In this document: piece after piece, positions 38,416 through 50,340 of the stretch
How the letters are laid out: the number at the start of each line of letters is the position of its first letter
Position numbering within the stretch: position 1 is the stretch's first letter
Assembly: GCA_977030845.1 (NCBI GenBank)
Contig: OZ365112.1
Coordinates: 21,390,001 to 21,454,000 of the forward strand
Direction of reading: 5' to 3'
Length of the DNA stretch: 64,000 nucleotides
DNA from: Fimbriosthenelais zetlandica
Taxonomy: Eukaryota
Notes under the pieces: generated by a model
The model's input: the letters and a program-made list of their open reading frames with translations, nothing else
Database searches by the model: none
Told to the model about the DNA's origin: nothing
Program-made: the position numbers and the translations under genes

Positions 38416-41400
38416 CCCCTTGAAATGTTATAGTAACAGCCATATGAATGCTACTAGAAGATGAAGCATGAACTCGCGATGTGGCAATGCTCGACAATTG
38501 AGCACCTCTTGATATGGCAATGTTCGACAATCGTAATGGCATAAAGTCATTGTACAAACTTAAATAATTACATTTGGATGCGGTAGGAAATGTTGAGAGT
38601 AGTAGAATGTGTGTGATATGAACTGTAATACACATGGCTTCCTGGCTAATAACATATACTGACATCTGCTAATATCCAGCCTTTAACCATGACATTACCT
38701 CTTATCAAAATGAGGAGATGCTAATTTTTAAGAAATAACATTTTTTTCAAATAGAAATTGGTCTTAACAATTGGAGAATAGAATGAATGATGTGTATAAA
38801 TGTCAGAAAATTGTGCATATTGTAATATGTGTCTGGTGCGTTTGCATTGCACTGATTTCTACTTGGCAGTATTATATAATATTGATTCACCTATGTGTAG
38901 CATACACATTATTATAGTCGTGATGTTTTAGCAGACTCGTATGATACTCCGGAAGCATATTGACAGGATATTACTCGCAGAAATTAAGAAACCTCTTGAG
39001 TAGGCCTATAGATCATATATGCTGCTACACGGCATACCATTTTAAATAAAAACGGCTTCCATGTGAGTATTGTGCTGAAAGTGTTAATTTGCCTCTTCGT
39101 TTACCAGCGTTGTTTTTTTTTTTAAAAAAAAGGGTGATTTGGCTTAATATCCAAACATATAAGAAGGTATATACCTATAGTATACATCGTTTTAGCTATG
39201 GCAATATAAAGCTCAACGGTGAATGGTGATTCTGCAGAGACAGTTTAAGGAGGAATACAGTAATTGACTATATTTAAATCTCTCCAATTTGAACTTTTCT
39301 CTAAAATCATGATTTCAAAATGTTTCAACCATCTTATTTTTAGGAACTGGCTTCCCAATCCAATGAGCAGATTCATGTGTTAAATAAATAAGGAAAAAAT
39401 CCATAATGTTTTTTACTTCTTTCTGAGTATCATCCAGTGTCATTCCAGACAATATGTTGGAGTGCACATGTGTCTAAACAAACTAATGTTGTATCCATCG
39501 TGTCGTAGACGGAAATAGACTCTTCAAGCAAGACCGTATGAAGTGAATCAAGTAGAAGAAGTCCATCGTTTACTGTTTCACTTTGAATACTCAGTGAAGA
39601 CAGTCATTAATGTTTCTTTAAACAAGTTTAATTTGGCCGTACGCCTGATTTCAGGCCGTCACTGCCTGTTCAAGGCCAGTTTACTCAGTGTCTATTTGCT
39701 ACAGGCCTGGTTGCTACTGACGCTATTGTCACGGGAACCATTAATCAGGCCGGCCATGACAGGTCGCAGGCCGGGATGTCTTGACGAGAGTACTGTGGCT
39801 AAGAAAGGGTCGGTAAATTGTTAGCTGTTTCTTGCTAGTCCAACACTGCAAATTTATGTGATTAGGAGGCTCTCTATTCAGTACTCAATTTGTTTCTTTG
39901 GTGAGGGATGATGTGGGCCATAGAGCATGCCTGGTTGGATCCGGCAGAGGGGAAGTAAATCAATATGATATATGGCCGTCTCTCCACCAGACCTAATTTT
40001 GGTAATTCCCCCAATTGCACAGCATAGATAGAAATTCAAAATTTGTCGGGATTTAGCAAGTCATGATTCCAAATCCACTTCTAATATAAATGCTATATTA
40101 TATTTCTTTATAGAAATAGGTCAAGGCCTATCTTCTATATAAGCCTAATGTATCGATATTTCAAACAATTTTAAAATGCATTTTGGACTCTAGCTATTAA
40201 GTTGTAAATGTATAATTCATCACACCATGCAAGATGAGTAGGCGTTACAGTGTCATGAATACCTAATCTGAATGGGTTTATTTATATATAAAGCCTTGAC
40301 AAAACTACAGTTGATTCCTTCACAATTTCCTCTCGTTTGCAAAGGTATTAAAAGGAGATTGTCCTACGATCTAATGAACTATCACATCCCTATAGAAGAG
40401 CCTGACTTTATTTTCTCATCAGGCCATTGATCAAAGTGACAACACCTTGAGGTTTTGGGATTAAGAAATCACGAGTCTGGGCAGGGATTTACATTGCTAA
40501 TCAATGATATTGCACAATGCATCTGAATGGAGTCATTGTGAGTTTGGAACATCAAAGCGCCTCTATTCAAATGTTGCTTTGACTCTGGCTTTGTTGCTCA
40601 TCTGGATAGATGCCTATAGAAAGTGAACAGGAAGAAGGACGCCTCGTCTATTGTAAACATCTATGAGGCATGCTCAAGCATATGTGGCCTCTTAACAGGG
40701 CAGTTTTCCTTTCAATGTACCTTTTTCCTTAAAATTTCAATATCTAATCAATTGAAATACTGACATTTTCTCAAGGTAAATCATGCCAGCAACTGGCTGT
40801 AAATATATTTTCATAAGAAAACACGTGAAATGATTTTAAAGGAAAAAGCAATATATTTTCGAATTCAATGCCTTTTGGGTTGATAAGGCGATTTTCCTGT
40901 CTGGTGAACAAACAGTATAGTATGGGAACATGTATGCCTCACTCTCATCCAAAACCATACAAACATTGGACACATTTTGAACGCATAAATAGAGAAATCC
41001 ATCACGACATTGAGATCAGTGAGTGGGTGAGCTTTTCAGGTTTCAGGTGGAGTTGGATAGGATGTCGAGAACTGAGTGTTAGGTAGGCGTCTCGAGACAC
41101 ACCTCCCTTGGCCCCCTACACCTTCTCCTCAACCACAGTGTTAGAGGAAGATAATCAGCCTGCTCTGGCCAGCTATAATGATGATTGATGACTTTTTAAT
41201 CAGTCACCATGGCCTCCTAGCTACAACATGATATTAACCGGCGGACCTCGATTACAGAATCACTCGGCACTACTTTTAATCACCACCCGCCGGGTGTATT
41301 CATGCGCCGAGGTGTCAATGTCGCGATGTCACCCGGACGTGTCACAATATGTCGCAAAACATGACTCGACCTATTAAAGGGGAGGTGAATGGCTCCTTTT

Positions 41401-44400
41401 GAGTCAGCCCGACCAATATGGCACCTTTTTTAAAATTACAAAGCAGTCAGTCCTTTGTGTCCAGCTTTTACAATTTCTTATCAAAAGGCCATTTATTTTC
41501 TATGCTTTCAAGATATCGATATAGGCCCCATGGTATGATCCAAATCATCACATCATAATTTATCATGCACAATCTCAAATCTTTATAGTAGGCATATGAC
41601 CTTGTTTCAAAAATACATACAGAGTGTCAATAAATGCAATGGAGACATAATGCAATAACTTCCATAAAGTTCAACGCATATTAATAAGTCTCTTGTCTCA
41701 AGAAACTGAACTACCTTACGCAAAAAGTAGAGGTGGTTCATTCCCGCCTCTCCACTTTGAAACTTCACATTTCGGCAAATCGGAAATAGTGATTGGAACT
41801 GGAGTGATCATTTTCTAGAGTGAATCTACTCACCGTTCCTTTTGTCCCTAACCTCGTCAGAGATGATTTAATCACTTCACAGTCACCAAGTGCAAACGAG
41901 AGTCAGTCTTAAGGAAAAGCCTTGGCCAATTGATAACCTATAAGGCATGGCAACAAAGGGTTTCATTTGCATTAGAAGGCGGTCAGCTTGGAGTTTCAGC
42001 ACGGGAATTACTGACCATTGTCCTCGCCAGGCCCCAATCCCAGGGGATGGACGCAGCAGAGTGACCAGTGGTCAAGCAATCGGTCCGAGAGGCGAGAACA
42101 ATCCGTGCTAAGGGCCAACGAGGAAAAGCTTTTGAGGGAATGGGAGTGGAATGGATTGAAATGGGGGGCGTGGTAGGGAAGTTGTAGATGTTGGCCAGCC
42201 TAAATGATCCACCAAGTGAGAATGTGCACGGAAAGGCCCTATATGAATGAGAAACCATTGGAACTGGGTTTCACGGTGGTCAAAAGACAGAATACAATGT
42301 ACACATTGGCGATATAGGCCTATGTATAGCACAGAGTAAGGACATTTGAATATTGTGTAGTCCATATTCATGGCCTATTCATATAACCTGAGTACAGCCC
42401 AATTGACTAGAGCATTTTATCTGCAATCCAGACATCAGGGCACCTGCACATGTGAAAACATGATTTATGTTGAGGCCATTTCTTGCACATCCTGCCCAAG
42501 TCAGTGAGAATACACAAAGGTTAATTCCTGACCAAACGTCACAAAAAGGCCCATTCACAAACAGTTCTAACCCGATGCAACGGTTTCCTGCCTTCCTGTT
42601 GACATACAATGATATAGGGGACTGACAATGAGGTGAGTGCATGGAGGCAGACAATTGAATAAGTCGGGGTGCAAAACCAGAGCAGAGGGTAGAATGGGGG
42701 CGAGTTTGTTGCCATGTATATCTTAACATTGGTGAGCGGAAGGCTGGCTGAACTAAGGCTTTATAGATGGGATTGACTCCTGACCTGGGTAAATACGGCC
42801 TCAATGTGCCTGCATGGAAGTAGTGTATATAATAAAGCCACCTGGAACATCTACAGTGCAGATATCCTACACCTATTCTACTGACACAATTCTTGGGGAC
42901 TTATCATTAGATTTTTTCAGAATGTATGATCACATTCAGCATAAATACTTTCTGCCCATGGCTTTCAATGCACTAAGCCAATCTTTTTTGACTGGCATTT
43001 TTCTCCATTTTCCTTGGTGCGCCTCATGAAAGTATGCAGCACCAACCAATCCCAAAATTCGAAGACAAACTTTTCACTTATTCGAACTCTTTGATTCGAT
43101 TTGCAAAGTTTGACTGCGTGGGCTCTATTGGTTCAATAAGAAAGGAATGCATATTATGGGAAGGAAGCAATTTGCAATGCTTCCTCTTCCAGGGGGCAAA
43201 AAGACTACTTTACCACATGGGTGTTAAATGCCTGAAGGCATTCCTGGTGGTAACAATTATTGGAAAGGAGAAGATCCTCTTTAAGGAGAGAGGTCACTTT
43301 ATGAATTGCTGTCCACTCAACTCAATTCAATCTTTTAAGTCGGTGGACAAGATCGAAGCGGCTAGAGGCATGGTGCGACAGAGTGACCAGTCAGGGTACC
43401 TCGTCCGTTGAAAAGAACGTCAGAGAGGGAGTGATAAATGTGCTGGATTCTGTCGAAGATTATGAGTGGCCTTTGACTGACCCGTAATGATATTGCTGCT
43501 CTGTTTATTAATGTACTGCCCAGTGTCCGGCCTTTAGCGACCTCTGACGCCATGTCCAGTCATCAGGTCAGCTGTGTGCTGGTCAGAGGTCGAGGATGAG
43601 GTGAGGGGGTGAGGGCTAGAGGTCGGGTCATGGGGCAGGGTGCCACCAGAGGGTAATATTAGGGGGTAATGAGCGTGCTAATAATCAGTGATAAAAGCCT
43701 AATATCGGGCTCTATAACTATTAGCTTACACGACAGGGGTCAACACTTCATTCACAGGGTCTGCTACTGGCAATCTGGCCATGTATCCACCAACATGCTG
43801 GCTGCCTTCAGCATCATGCACCTCCACCATAAACCTGGAGGTACAGTATAATGCACTGTAAATATGGATTCCTGTAATATTTACAGGACCATATGGATTC
43901 TCGGATTGAGTACTGTAAAATTAGTTCAGGAAAATGAAACACAGGACCCCCTGTCAATTTTAGAGGGATACAAATTACCCTTTTCGCAGGGTAATTTAGG
44001 TCCAATATACTGGATAAAAAGGAAAACCACAGCTCTCTGCAATGTCTCATTTTAAGTGATTTGTATGATGGTTCTACTAAGCTGGAAAAGTGAATCTTAA
44101 AACAACAGATGTTGTAGACCATGGTAACACTCTAGAATGAGCTGCAGTAACTTCCGGTTTTGCATTGCCTCACCCCTTGTCAGATGGTAGGCTAGTTGAA
44201 AGAGATGTGTTCCCATCCAATTTCTCCACACAAATGGATGTCCACCTCATCTTCACCTCCAGCCTGCCTGTTTTTCACAACTGCTACAATCATATCAACC
44301 TCAAACCGGCGCTCTCATGTTCTGCCTCATTTAATTCAATTTACTCTGGGCATACTTGGCCAAGTCAGCAGCGCATCTCTGCAATGTGCTTCCATTAACT

Positions 44401-47400
44401 ATAGGCGAGTAGCGAGGCAGGCGGCTATGTCTGCCAAATGACAGAGGCAATCATAGGAGGAAGAAGGTGTGACCGGGAAGAACAGTCAAGTATTGGAGTA
44501 ACTTTCCCAATCTTGACTTATTAAAACAGAAAGTGGGGTTGAGCACAGGAATCATTGTATATGTTTAAAAGATGATCAAAATTATATCCTCATCTCATAT
44601 CCCAAGTGCCAAATCCCATCGGTTCCCCAGCATCTGGCCTTCATTTGAAATTATTTGAATTTCAATGTCTAACCGGACTGGTTTTATGCTACACTCTGAG
44701 AGGGTAGAACATCAAGCCCCTATTCAGTTGGTGGTCGGGAATATAGCAGAGAAAATTGCCCGCCGATTACTAGAAGGTTATCACATTACAGTGATGTCTG
44801 CTTTACGTAAAGATTTGGGAAGGAAACCTTTAATGCTGCGTTTCCTGTTGGCATGGGAAGGGTAACGTACCAACTTGAAAGGGAGGTGGACAGGCAGCGC
44901 GCGTCTCAGAAGATATTGGAGAAGGGGCTTAGAAAGACCAATTCAACCATATAGGAATTCAGTCATTTTCCAGTAAAATCTCTTACCTTGGTCTATATAG
45001 GTATTCAACAATTAACATTTATGTTCATGAACGAAATATATGAACTGTTAAAAGAGGAGTGTGAAACGCACCATGGTATGAGGAGGTGAGCTCACTTGCA
45101 CTGATGTTTGCCTAGTCCATGGGAGGTTTACTCCTCAAAAACTACCCTATAAGATCAAAGGTGTGCCGACAGAGGGAGTGCCTACCGCAGCTCTCACCCA
45201 AACTCTGAGAATCACTTTCTGACGAACACAAGATGGTTATTCGAAAATCCCTCTGATAAGGGACAATTGTTCCAAATCTTGACCAGGGAAAAGATTGAAA
45301 GGACAAGGTTAGGGTACAATCAGCCAGGGTAGTTGCATGAAGGTTGTTTTAGAATGTATCTATAATGGTTTTCATCAAAGATATTTTGTCTCCTGTGAGA
45401 AGGACAGACGGAGGTGTATTATCAGGCACACAAACAGTTGGGGTCTCAGTGTCAGGCAGTGTATAGGCATCTCGTGAAGGTAAACACTGTAAGCGGTTGT
45501 ACACTCAATCAGAGCAGAAACTGAAGATTGTGAACGACTGGGACTGTCGCCGCAACTTAAGTATGTTTGGGAAGGTTAAAATGAACGCCTTGCCTAGTGG
45601 GGTATCGGTGACAACTATGTTTGCCCACCGTGATCAGTAAACGCCAGGTATTGTGGCTAACAAGGCCAAGTACTTTCAGTGCGGCGAACATTAAAGTTCG
45701 GCCATGTGGGCAGGGCCTGCACGACAAGACAATTGGCTGGACGACATTGGAGGAGACACCGTATCTCCATCTGGGGATGGGACCGGGACGGGGCTATATA
45801 CACGACTCCATCGCTGCAGGTCCAATATAGACAGCTCATTGACGTTGGCAAACGAAAAGGAGAGGTCTTCATACGAGTTGTTCGCTACTCAAGTAGAATG
45901 ATAGCGGAGTGAAAGACCTCAGATATGCGGGCTATTTTGAACATCTGCGACAGGGCTTCTCCCCAGCACCTGCAGCTGCATGCCAACAGAATCCGACCCC
46001 CGATTGTCCTTAAAACCAATGTAAGTCACAGCCGGTGACATTTGAAAAAGGTTCAACCTCCATCCATGATTGGTAAATAGGGGATCTATCCATATTATTC
46101 AAATTAGAAAGCACCTTCAAAGGCAGCTTTTTATATTTAAGTCAAGGAAAAGATGAACAAAGGACTCCGGTATGAGACCACCTTGGGGAGAGTTTCATTT
46201 AAAATCTGTTGTGGTGTACCAGAGATAGCTGCAGCCAGGGAAAGCACCTCAATGTGATCCCCCCTGTTGAAATGGCGATATTGTGCTAGAAGTGACTTCG
46301 TTGCCAGTCAAAGGCAAAGGAAAACATCAGAAATGGACAGGTATAGAACTTCAAAGGTGCCGTCCTTCCCCACGGGACGGTATGGGTTTAAGGGGAGTTA
46401 TGGGAGTGTGGTCGTGCATACTTAGACAAGACCAAAACAGGAATGGGAAATGAGGGGAGTTGATTGAAGTTCCAAATACTTTAGTTTTAAAAAGATAAAT
46501 TCTATGATCAAAGGTGTTCATATACATTGTATACCAGTACACGATGTGTGAAATGATATAAATGATGAGATATAGATCTTCAAATGATGTTTTGGTTGAA
46601 CTCCCAAGAAGGATGCAACATGAAAAAGATCAGTGCAGAGATGAGTTGAAGGCGCTGATAAAGAGGGTGTGGGATTTGGCCTGGGGTTATAGGTCCACCC
46701 TGTGAAGGTATTGAACAGGTTTGATAACTTGGAACACGCTCGATGGGAGGTGAATGGCTACGTATTGGGTTTCTCCTCTTGTGGCCAGATGGGCCATGGT
46801 GTGTGATTATAAGTTGGTTAGAGAAAAATGAAGCATAATTAAAATATACTATAGGTTCCTCCCTTTGACTGGGGTCTCTAAATAGACACTCCACCCAGGG
46901 TCAATTCTCAAATAATTTTATCAATAAATCAATTTTGCTTTCAGCAGGAAATGGTGGTCAATCTTCAAATGATCCCATAAATATGGGACATTGTATAGAA
47001 TATTATTAGTGGTTTCGCTAAAATGTTCACATAATTCTCTGCAGATGGGATCTTAAGAGAGGAGGGTTAATCAAATATGGAAGCTCTTGATGAATACCAA
47101 TTTGCTTTTCTTTACAATGATCTGCTGACTTTTTAATGACCCTATCAGTGACCTGTTCAAATTGTAATAGCACCCTACTCCTGCCTCATTATAATATTGG
47201 TAGGCATGCATGAGAAAGAAGTAATGAACTTTACTCTTTGATCTGCCTCCATAGCCAAGGTCTTACAGGCTACTGTCACGTTTCCAAGGATACTGCCATC
47301 TCTGACTGACAAGTTTCCATCGAGAGCAAAATAGCTGTATTCAACCGATTTCAATCGTCCAAAAGCACCAATTTCTATACAGGCCTGGCCTCCATTCATG

Positions 47401-47930
47401 CCATGGCAGAGCCTTGGGATATACTATAGGTTTGTTTCCCAGCGTGAGAAAATATTGGACATTGGGATCAGTTGTAAGAGAATCACAATGGCAAGTGAGG
47501 GTTTTACTAGCCTGTCAACCTATGCCATAGAATGGGATGATAGAAAGCTTTCTGCAGGGTGAGAACTATGTGACATTTAATATATATAAGATCATGGAGA
47601 TTAGTATTCTCCGGAGAATTAGTTTCTGATCTGTACGACATTACCAACCAGGTACTTACCAGTTATTCCTTGCACTCGTCTTAAACTCCAGACGTCACAA
47701 GTTAAAAATCGTTGCACATTTCCAAACCGCGCAAGCTTGGGAAAAGAACTTTCTCCCAGCTTAAAATTCATAATCAAGTTGACAACAAAATACAAAGGGG
47801 AAAAAATGTGAAAAGAGGCAGGACTACATTCAGCAAGCATTTTACAAGAGCATATGATTTTCACGTACTATCATCATTATGGGGTGTTTGAAAAAGGTCT
47901 TTTGTCATGTCTTCTGCCCAGCACACTTCT

Positions 47931-48140
47931 GTATCTATGGTAACGATTGTTACAACACAATTACCTGTCCCGCATCCGCTAGCTAATTGGGTGTGAAACC
48001 GGGACCTAAACTCGCCCGTCGAGACGCGGTCACGTGTCGCAAATATGACGTATCAGAGACGTAGCATCTGGTCCTGACACCACGTGACCGAGATCTCATC
48101 GGCGCGATGAATCGCGAGGGTTTGATTTATCGCTTTTGAA
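47931..48140. promoter_or_regulatory. CpG-rich promoter-like module: X-box plus inverted pair of extended E-boxes
   Basis: GTATCTATGGTAAC 47931-44 (fits X-box GTHNYY-AT-RRNAAC), CGGTCACGTG 48027-36 and its reverse complement CACGTGACCG 48081-90. Confidence 0.45.
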
Positions 48141-50059
48141 CCACCGCCCATTTTTGAGGGGATTTTTGGCCTTTGTGTCCGGTTATTGTTAGTGACATGG
48201 GGACCTTAATAATTGGAAGATATCTGGATATATTGTCAATTTGAGTACTTCAATGTCCATCCACACCCACCCCTGCAAAAAAGGATGAATCTAAGACAAA
48301 GAGTCAGAGATATGTTAACACTAGTTTGATCGCAAAAATAGAGAGATCACATGGGAATACTGATTATAATGATAAGGGAAAACTGCACATATAATTTTGA
48401 ATGTGTGCACCCTCGTCCAGTAATAATGAACCAGCCTTTAATCTGCGTCCGCCATATTTCAGTGAACAGACGTGATGATGGAAGATTAGCGAGTGCTCTT
48501 GTAAGTGCAAGTGGTCTTAATGAAATGAAATTAACTGCACCTACGCACCATTGTGTTTGCTCAAGTGTCTCAAACGTCGGTGCCCCACAAACAATGGCTA
48601 CACATCTCCCATAATCTTATTCGACAGGGTGGTCTGCGCTGTTCCAGGCGCGCAACCTCCCCCTTGTTTCAGGCTCTGACAACTTCTCTGTCAATATTGA
48701 TAGAGCTGTAAAAACCTTTGAAAAAACAGGTTAAATTTTAAATAATTCACCAATTTCACCTAACATTTTTACAGTATTATAGCTGTTACAGCGGAACTGA
48801 TGAAAGTGCAGTAGGGTATAGATTTATGTTAGATTTTCTCATACGACAACTTCATGGCAGCTTTACACTTGGGGAGATATTAATTTTTTTAATCTGGTGA
48901 GAACCATCAATCATAATTTCATTAAAAAGGCGATTGGAGGAGCAGCTCAGTTTAATGAGACAACACTTGTTTGTGTAATTACTCATGAGAAGCTCAAACT
49001 TAATTGCTGGTTTTAAGGGGCGGTGACGGATGCAGATTAGGCTAGCAATGGGATTCAGTGACTGGAGGCTAATTAATGCTTGTCCAACACGACTTGGCGG
49101 GCATTAAAAACGACTCATTCACCTTTCAATTTCAAGGGGAATGTTAGAGCTGTAAGTAATATTATCTTCGGGACATACACCAAGTTTGAACACATTACGT
49201 ACATGAAATGGGTCAACGGGAAAGCATGGAACTATCGTTTCTAATTCTCGTAAGTTGTACGCCCTATATTGTTTTTTTGTTTAAGGATTAGTTCTAACAG
49301 GATCACTTTCCTGGGGAAGAGGTGAATCACCATGCCATCTAACAGGAGAAGGGAGAGCCAAGATGGCTTCAGTAAATCCACTTCATCCCTGCAGGTGGCA
49401 GCAAAAGCTGACGTCTGACAGGCATTATTGGCAGTGCTGCAACTCGCACACCTCTCAAAGGTACAGTAGTTATACAAATGAGACATCTATTGGCCCATTA
49501 TGGAACTAGATTGCCAATACCACATTTCAGAAGAGGCTGGGGGCGGGGAACCCCTTTTCGCTGATGATTTTGGGTCAAGGCTACAAGGCCGGACTACAAG
49601 GCCAAGTATTAAAAGAATTGATGTCCTATAAAGGACCATTGAATCCCTAACGCGGTTACTTCAGGAGGGGTTCCAGTTTAGAATGATGAATAGGAGGCAT
49701 GGAGATACCAAACAACCTATACATGGCATATTCTTCAAGGGATTGCTTGTATGTGTCCCTAAAGGGGGTCAATTATGCCAGGCCACACACACTATTGTGG
49801 CCTAAATCCAGGCCCGGGTCCAGGCCGATGCCACCGATGCCATTGCATCGGTCAGACTGATAAAAGCATCGATCCAGGGCTATGGAAAAGCATCGGCCAA
49901 TTTTCTAATCCCACAATCTCCCCACTTAAGACTTAAGTTTAACCTAACACACATGGATTTGAACATCAAAGGAGGCATAGGGTCTATAGCCTTGATTTGG
50001 AGTCTATAATAGTTGGTTCACTAGCTTCCTAACTTACGTAATAGGTATGTGTAGAAGTG

Positions 50060-50154
50060 AAAAACCTAGTTCATGGTAGGAATCGAACCCGCGTTGGGAC
50101 GACCGTCGTATTGGGAGTTCAACGCCTTAACCATTGCGCCACAGACTGCCCGGT
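50060..50154 (-). ncRNA. tRNA-like Pol III gene, copy 1 (tRNA-Ser-like body, CCC anticodon position, non-canonical acceptor stem)
   Basis: A box TGGCGCAATGG (50141-50131), B box GGTTCGATTCC (50089-50079), TTTTT terminator (50064-50060). Confidence 0.6.
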
Positions 50155-50245
50155 TGTCATACTGGTGTACGAGAAATTGTAGTACACGACAAGCGACGGT
50201 ATAGATGTATGTCATATTTTAAATACACAATTTGGAAAAGAAGTG

Positions 50246-50340
50246 AAAAACCTAGTTCATGGTAGGAATCGAACCCATATTGGCAGGAGCCTCTCATTGG
50301 GATTTCAACGCCTTAACCATTGCGCCACTGACTGCCAGGT
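50246..50340 (-). ncRNA. tRNA-like Pol III gene, copy 2
   Basis: Same A box (50327-50317), B box (50275-50265) and TTTTT (50250-50246); part of a 139-bp duplication with 186-bp period (50053-50191 / 50239-50377). Confidence 0.6.

Noticed and set aside
47175-47399. LRR-like peptide IEIGAFGRLKSVEYSYFALDGNL on the minus strand
   Set aside because: Single imperfect repeat with broken spacing; the nearest good acceptor upstream leads to stops in all frames.
50060-50340. Calling the pair canonical tRNA-Gly(CCC) genes or SINE copies
   Set aside because: Acceptor, D and anticodon stems have several mismatches in tRNA register; no SINE body, tail or TSD, and homology extends upstream instead of downstream. 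Kept as tRNA-like ncRNA candidates.
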